From: a virus
Lineage: Duplodnaviria > Caudoviricetes
Strand: one strand, 5' to 3'
Length of the DNA: 54,121 nucleotides
Virus record (IMG/VR): IMGVR_UViG_3300042540_000560
Location: 1-54,121 of that record
Below are positions 17,676 through 27,205 of the stretch, piece by piece. The notes beneath the pieces are model-generated. The model was not told the DNA's origin, searched no databases, and saw only the letters and a program-made list of their open reading frames with translations. A program made the translations under genes and the position numbers. Within the stretch, counting starts at the first letter, position 1. Every line of letters starts with the position of its first letter.

Positions 17676-18500
17676 TTACTCTACTTCTTGAACTTCGTCA
17701 ACTTTAACCGAGATGGACTCACCTTTGGAGTTCTTGGACTTGAAGGTCTTGGTCTTCGCGTTGTAACTGAGAAGAGTTACTGAAGATGCTTTACGCATTC
17801 CAGTAGTCTTGACGGTTGCCTTGAGACCTACCCATGTGTTTGGGTCCTCTTCGTCGAAATCTGAATCACTGTCTTCATCAGATTCCTCCTCATCGTCCTC
17901 ATCTGCTCCATTGTCATCGTCGTCTGATTCTTCATCTGAACCTTCTTCTTCATCCGATTCATCAGATTCTTCTTCATCTTCATCCGATTCCTCGACATCT
18001 TCTTCGTCGATTGGACGGTTGACTCGAACATCGAGTCCTTCGTCTGACCATCGGGTGATGGTAATGGATGCTGTAGGTTTGTCTGCTCGGATTGCATTCA
18101 TAATCTCCTTGATGGAAGATTCGCTAAGGTTGTTGGTATCATAACCAAGGTTCTGAAGGGTAAACGCTAGGTCCTTGAATGCTTGTTCTTCGGTACGTTC
18201 TCCTTGTGCTGCCAAAGAGATATACTTACCTGGGGTTTGACCCTTGCCGATAGAACCAATACAAACAAAGTTGAAAGCTACGTAAGGGTTTCCATTCTTG
18301 TCGGTACCACCACGAACGTTGGTGCAACGTGCATTGGTAACTACCTTACCGTTGATCTTGAGTTTGAACTCTTCAATAATTTCTTTGTTGGTTGTGTATC
18401 CGGTTGGTGCCTTCTCGGAACCTACCTTCTTGAGGAGGGAACCTTTCTTCTTGAGTGCTGCGAACAGGTTAGCTTCTGGGTTGCTGTTTGGAGGTGCCAT
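17676..18500 (-). CDS. Putative ssDNA-binding protein with long acidic linker
   Basis: OB-fold-like core, D/E tract, position next to AAA ATPase and pol. Confidence 0.55.
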   Translation of the reverse strand: MAPPNSNPEANLFAALKKKGSLLKKVGSEKAPTGYTTNKEIIEEFKLKINGKVVTNARCTNVRGGTDKNGNPYVAFNFVCIGSIGKGQTPGKYISLAAQGERTEEQAFKDLAFTLQNLGYDTNNLSESSIKEIMNAIRADKPTASITITRWSDEGLDVRVNRPIDEEDVEESDEDEEESDESDEEEGSDEESDDDDNGADEDDEEESDEDSDSDFDEEDPNTWVGLKATVKTTGMRKASSVTLLSYNAKTKTFKSKNSKGESISVKVDEVQEVE

Positions 18501-18533
18501 TGTGGACTATATACCTTTGCAATGTGGAATTTA

Positions 18534-19403
18534 TTACTCTTCGACTTCGTTGGAATCTACGATGATTCCAGACTTGATTTTGTTTTCCCATGCTCGGGCT
18601 AGAGTTTCGTAGCCTTTGCTTGGATCATCTGGCAAACTGAATGCATTGAGTGGTTGACCTTTGAGATTGCAGAATCGGTTTCTAACTCCGCACTTAGTCC
18701 AAATGGTGTCCCATCTACAATGGATTGCTCTGGTTTTGTTGTGGTATCCTAAGAAGAATGCAAAGTCCATTGCCTTCTTTAGATACTCAAATACTGCTGC
18801 GGTACAAGCTGGACTGTACATGGATTCAGTTGTACCAGTGTTTAGTTCTCCTTCTCGTTCTTTGGTGTGTGATGTAAAGATAACTCCAAGTCTTGAATTA
18901 AACTTTAGATTGTTGAGGACTCGTTCAAACTCTCTGTTGATCTCTCCTCGACTAGCACCATAGTCTTTCTTCGGTACCGATTCCATTCCATTCTGGAGGA
19001 GATAATCATTCTCACATGCTTTGTAAGCTTCATTGATGTTATCGATTCCAATGACCTTAACTGTGTCATCGTCTTCTACTTGCTCTAAGAGTGTTGTGAA
19101 TTTTTTCCAACCGTTTTCTGAACCACGTTCCATCTCAGCTACAGTTGAGACTTTGAAGTCAATCTGTCTTGCTTTGATGTTTCGTCTTGCTGGTTCAAAT
19201 TGGAAGATAACTGAACCTGGGATGGAAGCAACTAGTGAGGATTTACCTACACCTGCTGTTCCGTGAATAAGAGTGTAATAATCGAAGAAATTGTTTGAAG
19301 GTTCGTTGAACTCATCTGGGCCTGGGATTCGCCATTCACTACCGGACGATTTTGCTACCTTCTTTGTAGCGGTCGGATTAACTTTCTTGACTTTGCTTAC
19401 CAT
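18534..19403 (-). CDS. AAA_24/Sak4-like ATPase
   Basis: LIHGTAGVGKSS, VIGIDNI, IFTSH. Confidence 0.8.
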   Translation of the reverse strand: MVSKVKKVNPTATKKVAKSSGSEWRIPGPDEFNEPSNNFFDYYTLIHGTAGVGKSSLVASIPGSVIFQFEPARRNIKARQIDFKVSTVAEMERGSENGWKKFTTLLEQVEDDDTVKVIGIDNINEAYKACENDYLLQNGMESVPKKDYGASRGEINREFERVLNNLKFNSRLGVIFTSHTKEREGELNTGTTESMYSPACTAAVFEYLKKAMDFAFFLGYHNKTRAIHCRWDTIWTKCGVRNRFCNLKGQPLNAFSLPDDPSKGYETLARAWENKIKSGIIVDSNEVEE

Positions 19404-19435
19404 AGACTTCTTTCTCCTTTGGTTGAGGGAGTAGA

Positions 19436-19464
19436 AGTCTATACGGTGGAAATTGTCGTGTCAA
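19436..19464 (-). promoter_or_regulatory. Sigma70-like promoter
   Basis: TTGACA-17 nt-TAGACT upstream of AAGGAG RBS and ATG 19403. Confidence 0.75.
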
Positions 19465-19489
19465 CTAGAGATGGAAAATTTTCATGGAA

Positions 19490-20506
19490 TTATTTAGCAG
19501 TTAATTTCTTAACTGTCCCTTGTTCTCCGTCTAGCTCGGGGAAGCACGTTGTAACCCTTTCTAATCCTAGCTCTGATCCCGTAGTTACGTAGTCGAAGTA
19601 GTCGCCTACGCCGATAGTCATTGGATCGAAGATGCCGAACGGTGTTTGGTAGTGGTGAGGATTTACTTTTCCCTGCTCGTCCACCCAGGGATTGAACGGG
19701 TCCGATTTAATGGACTCCCACCATACAACTACGTTCTCTAGGAGAGGGACTAGGGTTTGGTTAAAGAATTTAGTAATGTCGCTAGAAGCTAGTTCTACCT
19801 CGTATCGTTTGAAATAGTGAGATGGATCGCTCGCTATATGATCGTTCAAACGAGCGTAGAACTGAGTTTCACTTTCTTTAGCTCCTTGTTTGAGTCCTGG
19901 TCTACGAATGACATTGTAAAGGACTCCACCGATCTTATGACCTTTGTAGTCATGAGTCATGGAGTAGACGTAGAGCATTGTCTGTAAGTCATATGGAAGC
20001 GTTTGAAGAATTTTAGCTTCATCAATTGTTGTCTTGGTTTTGTTTTCTTGTAACCATATGGTGTTACCTACTTTATAGACTTCATCTCTACGTCCTCTTA
20101 GTCGAAATACTTTACCAGTTGTGATGGACTTGTAAGGTACATCGAAGACTTCTTCTTGGCCGATGTAGATGTGACGATCTTTTTCGTAGTACTTGTTGTA
20201 GTGAGGTACTATGACACAAGCTTGTCGAATAAGGTCTTGGTCTACGGAGGTTTCTTTATAAAACTGGAATAAAGAAGTAGTTACTTGAGATGAGGTTTTA
20301 CCTTGGGCTGTGAACTCTAAAGCTTTGTGGAAGATGGTGCCAAATTCCATTGCTGCTTTACGTTCTGATGGTCTAAGTCCTTCTACTGTTGAGATACGAA
20401 AACGTTCTCTACAGTTACGGAATTTGCATAGGAGGGAATACGAGATACCATCTTTGTAAAGATCCCATGCTGGTTTACGTTTTGGTCCTGGGGTTTTCTT
20501 TGGCAT
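19490..20506 (-). CDS. PD-(D/E)XK Cas4/RecB-like exonuclease
   Basis: ISYS...C; GTIFHKALE; RGRRD...ENKT; Q..LY. Confidence 0.8.
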   Translation of the reverse strand: MPKKTPGPKRKPAWDLYKDGISYSLLCKFRNCRERFRISTVEGLRPSERKAAMEFGTIFHKALEFTAQGKTSSQVTTSLFQFYKETSVDQDLIRQACVIVPHYNKYYEKDRHIYIGQEEVFDVPYKSITTGKVFRLRGRRDEVYKVGNTIWLQENKTKTTIDEAKILQTLPYDLQTMLYVYSMTHDYKGHKIGGVLYNVIRRPGLKQGAKESETQFYARLNDHIASDPSHYFKRYEVELASSDITKFFNQTLVPLLENVVVWWESIKSDPFNPWVDEQGKVNPHHYQTPFGIFDPMTIGVGDYFDYVTTGSELGLERVTTCFPELDGEQGTVKKLTAK

Positions 20507-20508
20507 TA

Positions 20509-21252
20509 CTACTTTCCGTACTTGCGTATGATTTCTTGAAGTTGAAGTTTGAAACGCACTCCTACGATTGTCTGCATCCCACCACTACGAATGATTGAGT
20601 TTGGATGTGATAAGGATTCGTGTTTAATGCTTAGTTTCTTTAGAAGACGTTGAGCAATGTCACCTAGTCCGATGATACACTTAGGATTGATGGTATCGAT
20701 AAGGGTGTATAGGTTGTTGGAACAACGTAAGGTCTCTATAAGGTCTGGGGATTTAAGGTCTCCATTCTCATCGTATGGGGTACAGATTAAGCTGTTGACC
20801 GCATACCACTTTTCTGGAGGGAGGAAAGAAGAAACAATCTCTCGTAGTAGTCTTCCACCTTGGTCTGTAAAAGCTTCTCCGACCGCATCGTCAACTTCGC
20901 TCGGGAAGTCGGATACGAACAGGTAAGTGTACACCATTAAAGGCTTAATTGCAAGTAATGGTTTATTAGATTGACAGAATTTACAAGATGAACAGTTAGA
21001 GATTTCTTCTAATGGTTTACCAAGTAAGAGGGGACCAATCTTCCGAATACGTTTCGTTGTAGATACGGTACCTACCGTAGATTCCACCTGGAACTGCTTC
21101 GTTGAGTTCTTTCCACTGAGTTTTCGATGGGATACCCCACCATTGTCGTTCGTTGTTTTTTTCGGCATACGCTTTGATGTCAGCAATTTCTTGAGGGTTG
21201 AAGAACCTTGGGTCTGCAATTTTGTATTGCATACAAAGTTCACGACATTCAT
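20509..21252 (-). CDS. Uracil-DNA glycosylase family 4-like protein (true start uncertain, possibly GTG 21087)
   Basis: CSSC..C, DFP...D..GEAF...GRLL, NSLICTP, LG..A, HP motifs. Confidence 0.75.
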   Translation of the reverse strand: MNVVNFVCNTKLQTQGSSTLKKLLTSKRMPKKTTNDNGGVSHRKLSGKNSTKQFQVESTVGTVSTTKRIRKIGPLLLGKPLEEISNCSSCKFCQSNKPLLAIKPLMVYTYLFVSDFPSEVDDAVGEAFTDQGGRLLREIVSSFLPPEKWYAVNSLICTPYDENGDLKSPDLIETLRCSNNLYTLIDTINPKCIIGLGDIAQRLLKKLSIKHESLSHPNSIIRSGGMQTIVGVRFKLQLQEIIRKYGK

Positions 21253-21694
21253 CTACTGATAATGGAATGATCGATTTAGTTTTGTCTTTGCAGGGATAGC
21301 CTTGTCTGCAATAACGAAACGGCATTAAGAATGGTTTGGGTTGGTAATCGTAGAGTTTTGCGTTACGGCATTTAATGCGATACATGCCGATGGTGATCTT
21401 GCCAGAAGTAATACCTCCTCCTATTTGAAGTCCGGTGTAGGTATTGACTCCAATACCTTCATATTCCTTTACCCAGTTAGCTAAGATAACCCTGTCAGAT
21501 AAGATTTTACCGTAGTTGCCCATTAAGGCATTCTTCTCATTGAGTTCAAATACGAACTCAAACCATACTCCTTGAGTGAGATTAGTACTTCGACCCCCAG
21601 AACCATTTTTAGCCCTTGGTAGCTTCCTTTGAAGGATTGGCATGTCAGGGTCTAAAGCTGTTGTAAGTAGTGTTAGTACGTCTTCCCTATCCAT
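21017..21694 (-). CDS. Hypothetical protein
   Basis: 225 aa ORF coupled to the MazG-like gene. Confidence 0.7.
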   Translation of the reverse strand: MDREDVLTLLTTALDPDMPILQRKLPRAKNGSGGRSTNLTQGVWFEFVFELNEKNALMGNYGKILSDRVILANWVKEYEGIGVNTYTGLQIGGGITSGKITIGMYRIKCRNAKLYDYQPKPFLMPFRYCRQGYPCKDKTKSIIPLSVDECRELCMQYKIADPRFFNPQEIADIKAYAEKNNERQWWGIPSKTQWKELNEAVPGGIYGRYRIYNETYSEDWSPLTW

Positions 21695-22058
21695 TTTTGT
21701 CCCTTCTATGAGATGCTTCGTGATCTGTGTAACCTTGACGATAACGAATTAAGAGTTTGTTGAGATTGTGTTCTAGGATTTCTTCTCGGGTGAATCCTAG
21801 ATGTTGTCGAAGACCTTCTAGGTAGAACTCAATGTCTCCTAGTTCTTCTTTGACGTTTTCAATATCAAGTCGTTTGTTGTATGCATAGTTCTTCTTGATA
21901 GCGTCTAGGAGTTCTCCAGCTTCCCCTACTAATCCGAGTACAAGGTGAACTAGGTTTGCCTTTTCAATGTCAAATTGATTAAAGATGTCGATTGGTTGTT
22001 TGAGCCTAGTGAAAACTAAGTCACTATGGCTCATGTTTGATTGTTGGTCTTCTGACAT
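21687..22058 (-). CDS. MazG-like nucleotide pyrophosphohydrolase
   Basis: GLVGEAGELLDAIKK...EELGDIEFY...NLNKL..RY. Confidence 0.9.
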   Translation of the reverse strand: MSEDQQSNMSHSDLVFTRLKQPIDIFNQFDIEKANLVHLVLGLVGEAGELLDAIKKNYAYNKRLDIENVKEELGDIEFYLEGLRQHLGFTREEILEHNLNKLLIRYRQGYTDHEASHRRDKNG

Positions 22059-22059
22059 G

Positions 22060-22341
22060 CTAATTGCAGTCCCACTTTCTAAGTGACTTGTTGATTCGAC
22101 TGTTTGGGTCTTTTGCAGTCTTAGATGAGGTAAGCTTTGCTTTCATGCCTGCCATCCTACTACAGAAGGACTTCCTTCGTCCTGCTGATGCTTTGGATTT
22201 CTTAGCTTGCTCACGTGAGACTGGTGGCTTTAAGTTTGATCCAGGGTTAGCCTTTTCGTAAGACTTACGCCCTTTCTCGTTTAATCCACCAGCATCATCT
22301 TTGCCTTCTTTACGTTGCCACGCTGCTGATTTTTTTGGCAT
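22060..22341 (-). CDS. Small basic phage protein
   Basis: AWQRKEGK...GGLN..GR.SY...RKSFCSRM. Confidence 0.8.
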   Translation of the reverse strand: MPKKSAAWQRKEGKDDAGGLNEKGRKSYEKANPGSNLKPPVSREQAKKSKASAGRRKSFCSRMAGMKAKLTSSKTAKDPNSRINKSLRKWDCN

Positions 22342-22463
22342 GATTTACAAGGTGCTTTCTTGGTTGAAGATTTTGACTTAGAAGATTTTTTACAGCTTCC
22401 GCTGCTATAAGGTTTTTTGCCTTTCACAGGTTCGTATCCTTTCCAACAACGATTGTTTGCCAT
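22281..22463 (-). CDS. Small basic protein
   Basis: RCWKGYEPVKGKKPYSSGSC. Confidence 0.6.
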   Translation of the reverse strand: MANNRCWKGYEPVKGKKPYSSGSCKKSSKSKSSTKKAPCKSCQKNQQRGNVKKAKMMLVD

Positions 22464-22477
22464 GAGTAAATGTTTCC

Positions 22478-22636
22478 TTACTTAGACCTACCCTTTTTGC
22501 CTTTTGCGGTAGTCTTACTTAGTCCTGCTTTGGAATAAGCAATAGCGACCGCTTGTTTCTGAGGTTTACCCGCCTTCATCTCTCTTTTGATGTTAGCTGT
22601 AATGACTTTCGGGTCTCTGCCTTTTTGTAGTGGCAT
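22478..22636 (-). CDS. Small basic phage protein (52 aa)
   Basis: Manual translation MPLQKGRDPKVITANIKREMKAGKPQKQAVAIAYSKAG...; AAAGGA RBS. Confidence 0.7.
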   Translation of the reverse strand: MPLQKGRDPKVITANIKREMKAGKPQKQAVAIAYSKAGLSKTTAKGKKGRSK

Positions 22637-22668
22637 CGTTCGGTTCCTTTGTAAGATGATAGAAGTAA

Positions 22669-22962
22669 CTAACGAGGGATATTATACCTATGTAGTTTAC
22701 CCATGTCAAATCCAGTCATACGAATGGACTTTCTGATAAACAAATAGATAGTTCGGTCGGAGAGGTTAAGATCGTTTTTTGTGTAATTAGGGTCTAGTTT
22801 AAGTACTTTGATTAAGGTCTTAATGTGTTTACCCGCTAGTTCTGGACCATAAGCATCCAAAGTTTTCGCGGTCGAACAACATGGGGATTCCTTAACAAGT
22901 ACTAAGAACTTACTTACTAAGTACTTTAAGTTTTGACCTACATTAGTGTTACTGGAGTTCAT
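22669..22962 (-). CDS. Hypothetical protein
   Basis: 97 aa, ATGA coupled. Confidence 0.6.
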   Translation of the reverse strand: MNSSNTNVGQNLKYLVSKFLVLVKESPCCSTAKTLDAYGPELAGKHIKTLIKVLKLDPNYTKNDLNLSDRTIYLFIRKSIRMTGFDMGKLHRYNIPR

Positions 22963-24404
22963 TTTTTTCTACTGTCCAGAAAAGCTTCCCAACGTTTTGC
23001 CATTGATTCAGCAGTATAGAACGATAGGTCTAGTTTGCACCTATCTGCTCTTTGAATAGCTTCTGCAATTCGATACGGTGAATCGTCTGGTGAAACTATG
23101 GATTCTAGGAAGTCACCATGTTTCTCTTGAAGGTCTTCAATTACACCTACGTTTGTAGTTACTATTGGAAGTCCAAACATCATTGCTTCCATGATGCTAA
23201 GTCCGAATCCTTCTTTCTGGGAGAGGAGACAGAAAATGTCCATAGCAACTAAGGCATTGGCTATTGGACCATCTATAGGTGGAACAATACGAACTCTATC
23301 TGAGATTCCTAGACTTTCTGCAATGGAATGCATATCTATTTGACAGGACCAGCCTACGATGAGTCCCCAAGCATCTGGAATCTTAGATATGGATTGGAGT
23401 AAGAGTGATATTTGTTTTTCTGAAGTTTGCCTTCCAGTATAACCTACAACAAAAGCATCTTGAGGAATACCAAAGAACCTACGCATCTCTTCCCGAGTTG
23501 CTGTGTTCTCTAGTACAGAAGTGTCTACACCATTTTCAATGGTGGTACAGGGTTTTCCAGTCCATTCACTGACTAGCTTTGAAGTCTTTGGGGAAACACC
23601 AACTAATGATTTAGAATGTTCAGAAGCTCTTTCAATGTATTCTTTAGTCCATTTACAATTACCATGAGCTACAGAGATAATGTCTGCACCTTTTGGAACG
23701 AACTGGTCTGTTACAAATGAATTGATGATTTGCTTTTCATGGTAGACTGCATCTTCAACTGTGACTACTTTGGCTAAAGAAGTTAGACTGTTGTAGATTT
23801 CTTGGTCTGTAATGATGTCCTTTTGCTTTGGGATAATTCCAAAAGTTGGTAAGTGTTTAGTTAAGGCTATGGCCCATCTTTCCATACCACCGTATTCGAT
23901 TGGTTGCCATAAAGCATACTTAGTCTTCCATTGACGATTAGCTTCTTCTATAGAAATGTGAGGACGTTCTTTTCCTTCTTCTCTAAGTTTTGCATTAACT
24001 TCATTGTGAATGAAATGACCCCACAACCAAAAGTTTTCTGGAGAAGAAAAATTAGGAGGGTATTGATTGAGGAGAACTTTGAACTTTGAGTTGCATGGGC
24101 AGTCTTTGGGAAGGGTTAGTAGCCATAGACGAAACCATTGAGGATCACAACCAACATAACTGTGAAGAATTTTCCAAGAGTTTCTACCTTGGGCATTTTT
24201 AAGTTGTTCTGCATTTACTGAGGGTTTTTTACTAATTAATGGTTTGTTGTAAGTATTTGTATTGGTTCTAATTTTTGGAACTAATTTACTTACGTGGTCA
24301 ATGACTCCATTACCTTTGTCAATGAGTCCACATGGACAAACTACTGGATAGAATAGTCTGTCTACCGTAAGTTGAAATTTACACTCTGGACATGTCCAAC
24401 TCAT
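22959..24404 (-). CDS. Erv1/ALR-like sulfhydryl oxidase domain fused to GT4 glycosyltransferase
   Basis: W..LH...LP..CPC...W....HNEVN.KL; GR...EK, EGFGLSIMEAM..GLPIV. Confidence 0.8.
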   Translation of the reverse strand: MSWTCPECKFQLTVDRLFYPVVCPCGLIDKGNGVIDHVSKLVPKIRTNTNTYNKPLISKKPSVNAEQLKNAQGRNSWKILHSYVGCDPQWFRLWLLTLPKDCPCNSKFKVLLNQYPPNFSSPENFWLWGHFIHNEVNAKLREEGKERPHISIEEANRQWKTKYALWQPIEYGGMERWAIALTKHLPTFGIIPKQKDIITDQEIYNSLTSLAKVVTVEDAVYHEKQIINSFVTDQFVPKGADIISVAHGNCKWTKEYIERASEHSKSLVGVSPKTSKLVSEWTGKPCTTIENGVDTSVLENTATREEMRRFFGIPQDAFVVGYTGRQTSEKQISLLLQSISKIPDAWGLIVGWSCQIDMHSIAESLGISDRVRIVPPIDGPIANALVAMDIFCLLSQKEGFGLSIMEAMMFGLPIVTTNVGVIEDLQEKHGDFLESIVSPDDSPYRIAEAIQRADRCKLDLSFYTAESMAKRWEAFLDSRKK

Positions 24405-25522
24405 ACTGCACTTATCTCTATGTAGTAGTTACACTCACCTCGTCCGAAAATGTCGTTACTTGACGAGCATAAACATAATAAATCAGTTGGAGCAACAAGA
24501 AAAGGCCCATAAAGAAAAGTTAGTGTAGAACAACTTGCTTCAATTGGATATTGAGGACCATTCTGTAAGTTACCCCCGCAACCACCACAACTAGATACAC
24601 ATCCTTGAAGAATTGCCATTGCAGCAGTAAATGGATCAGTTACTCCTGTTTCAGGATCTAAGTTAGGGCAACCCCAAAGAATTTCCCATAGTTGACCTGT
24701 GCCACCACTATAACTTTCGCAACAAAATCCTGAACCTTCCCAACGACCTTCTAATCTACTCCATTCAATGTCAAATTCACAAGGTTCCAGTAAGTCTAGT
24801 CGAACACAATTTTCTGGATCAGGATAAATTCGAACACGAAGTTTAGGAGGAAAGTAAGCATTGTCTCCTTCTTCACTGGTACATTTACATAGGCAACTAA
24901 GGCATTTAGGGTTTGTATGAAAGTGTTCTTCAAATATAAATTCTTCTATTATGATGTCTTCAGTGTCTACTCTCATTCCACAATAATAACCTTCCTCGAA
25001 AGGTGCTGGTGGAACGATGCCAACGAAAGATAGAACTGAGTTACTAATACTGGCACAAAATTCTGTTTCAGAAAAAATTACATTGAAGCTTCTGTTAGTA
25101 TTAACTAATCCAATGATTAGTTCTTCTTTCAAAATTGTAGTTACTCCATTAGAGATGATTCCTAATCGAATTACTGAATCATTAATACCATTACGTTCAA
25201 ATTCTCCAAAGTAGAGATTGTTTGAGTTGAAATGAGGTGAAGTTGCAAGTCTTGGTATATTGACTAAGATTCGGTACTTGACTCCTCCATTTTCTATTTC
25301 TTCTCTGGTTTTAATTGTTACTACCATTGAGGTATCTGGAACTGGATGCACTACGTCTAAGTAAGCGGTAGAGTCTCCTTCGGATACTGCATCATAAGAA
25401 ATGATGGAGAACTCAGTTCCATTTGCGTACCAAGGGGACCCTAGTTCTGTATCGTCTTCTCTATCGAATATGTCCCTGAATATGACACATTCATCATCAC
25501 AACAACATGGCATTCCAGGCAT
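24401..25522 (-). CDS. Cys-rich putative virion/tail protein
   Basis: PCCCDDEC N-terminus, many Cys, position in structural module. Confidence 0.65.
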   Translation of the reverse strand: MPGMPCCCDDECVIFRDIFDREDDTELGSPWYANGTEFSIISYDAVSEGDSTAYLDVVHPVPDTSMVVTIKTREEIENGGVKYRILVNIPRLATSPHFNSNNLYFGEFERNGINDSVIRLGIISNGVTTILKEELIIGLVNTNRSFNVIFSETEFCASISNSVLSFVGIVPPAPFEEGYYCGMRVDTEDIIIEEFIFEEHFHTNPKCLSCLCKCTSEEGDNAYFPPKLRVRIYPDPENCVRLDLLEPCEFDIEWSRLEGRWEGSGFCCESYSGGTGQLWEILWGCPNLDPETGVTDPFTAAMAILQGCVSSCGGCGGNLQNGPQYPIEASCSTLTFLYGPFLVAPTDLLCLCSSSNDIFGRGECNYYIEISAV

Positions 25523-25528
25523 CAGTAA

Positions 25529-27178
25529 TTACTCCCCAGTTGAACATACTTGGAACGGAGACCAGTCTTCAGGATCGCAAGTTTTATCGGAAGTCCATGT
25601 TCCACCAAAAGTTGTACACAAGTCTTGTGGAATCTCAAAGCAATAGGTATTTGTTCCATTGAACTCAGTTTCCATTTCTATGCAACATGCTGCGGTAGTT
25701 GGAGTGTTATTTCCAGTTGGTGGGCAAGGACCTTGGATGATTACGTACTTACAAGATTCACATTCTCTATATACGTAAACACGGGTTCCTACTCTTAAAC
25801 TTTCAAAGATTTTAAGAGGATCGTAGATTGTAACTTCTGTATCTATGAGAATGTTAGTGTCATAGATTTTTGTAATAAATGCTTGTGCAGTACATTCAGT
25901 ACTGTTGCATGTCATTCCTGAAAGTAAGAACGCACTAAATACTTTGTCTTTACAACGAACTTCTCTAGGTGCTAGTACTGAGTTTGTAATGTCCCAAGGT
26001 ATTGTTTTTAAGTGAGTACGTAGACCTACTCCTCCATTAGAGTTTCTGGAGTAGGAATAAGTAATTGATTGAACGTCAGATGACAAGTCTCCAGATACTA
26101 AACCTTGATATAGAATATCTACGTTCCTACGCATTCTATCACTAGCAAATGCAGAAATCCATTCTGCAAACTCGTTAGCTTCTTTTTGACCTTTTGGAAG
26201 TTCGTTACCTTCTGAATCTTTGTCTATTATTTTGTGGTCATAGAATGCATATGGGATAAGGATAGATATTTCTTCGCGTTGAGTATTAGAAGAAAATGGA
26301 GATATGTAGAAATAGTTCTCTCCTCCTACGAATGAGGTTACTCCTTCATTAGTTACTGACTTACCCATAAATGGAGGGTCTGGGTAATGGTCTAAAGAGT
26401 CTACAAATTCAATTTTGCAAAGATCATCACTTTGTAAACGTACTTGAAACTTAGGATCAGTTCTATGAATTACTACATTGTTATAAAGTACTTGGCAGTA
26501 ATCTGGGATGTCTTCAAATTTGAAAAGTTCATTAGCCATTTTTGGCTTAATATCTTCTGACCCTGCTGATGGAAGATATAATGAAAAGAAGTGAGTAGAA
26601 GCTATATAAGATAAGTAATCAACTAATGGAACGTCAGGCAATGGAAATTTGTTGTAGACTTGAGGTGGACGTAAGTATGCGTTACTTTCGTCGTCATACG
26701 CTGCAACTAAATCATCAAATGTTTCGTACTGTTCTGTAATGGTATTATCTTTATGATATTTTTTCTTGGTCATTTCAAGTTCAACGATTAGTAATCGTGT
26801 ATTGTCTTGACCTGCACCTCCTTGATTTGGTGACATTAAGAATGAAGTATGAACTAGCTCTAGTCCTTCAAACTTTTGTTGACTGTACTGATCGTAAATA
26901 ATTAGATCAAGAGTTATGTCACCAACTACTTTGGAATCTTGAGCAGGAGGTTCACCTGGAGGTGGGGGATTATTAGATTGGTTTGCTAAGTATGCTTCAA
27001 ATAAGTTTTTCCATTCTGCTTCATATACAATGAATCGTCCATAAGAACGGTTTGGAAGTGCTTCGTATTTGAAGAAGTTTACAGAGTCTAAAGATATCCC
27101 AATAAAGTTTAGATGATCTTCAATCTGAGTATGATCGAAGACACTTAATGACATGGCTTTATTGCTGATGGTGAACAT
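25529..27178 (-). CDS. Putative tail/baseplate protein
   Basis: 549 aa, Cys-rich C-terminus; context only. Confidence 0.55.
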   Translation of the reverse strand: MFTISNKAMSLSVFDHTQIEDHLNFIGISLDSVNFFKYEALPNRSYGRFIVYEAEWKNLFEAYLANQSNNPPPPGEPPAQDSKVVGDITLDLIIYDQYSQQKFEGLELVHTSFLMSPNQGGAGQDNTRLLIVELEMTKKKYHKDNTITEQYETFDDLVAAYDDESNAYLRPPQVYNKFPLPDVPLVDYLSYIASTHFFSLYLPSAGSEDIKPKMANELFKFEDIPDYCQVLYNNVVIHRTDPKFQVRLQSDDLCKIEFVDSLDHYPDPPFMGKSVTNEGVTSFVGGENYFYISPFSSNTQREEISILIPYAFYDHKIIDKDSEGNELPKGQKEANEFAEWISAFASDRMRRNVDILYQGLVSGDLSSDVQSITYSYSRNSNGGVGLRTHLKTIPWDITNSVLAPREVRCKDKVFSAFLLSGMTCNSTECTAQAFITKIYDTNILIDTEVTIYDPLKIFESLRVGTRVYVYRECESCKYVIIQGPCPPTGNNTPTTAACCIEMETEFNGTNTYCFEIPQDLCTTFGGTWTSDKTCDPEDWSPFQVCSTGE

Positions 27179-27205
27179 CTATATTCCTATGCAATGTGAA
27201 ATTTA

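Noticed and set aside
19490-20506. CRISPR-Cas system from the Cas4-like nuclease
   Set aside because: No repeat-spacer array or other cas genes; typical phage recombination context
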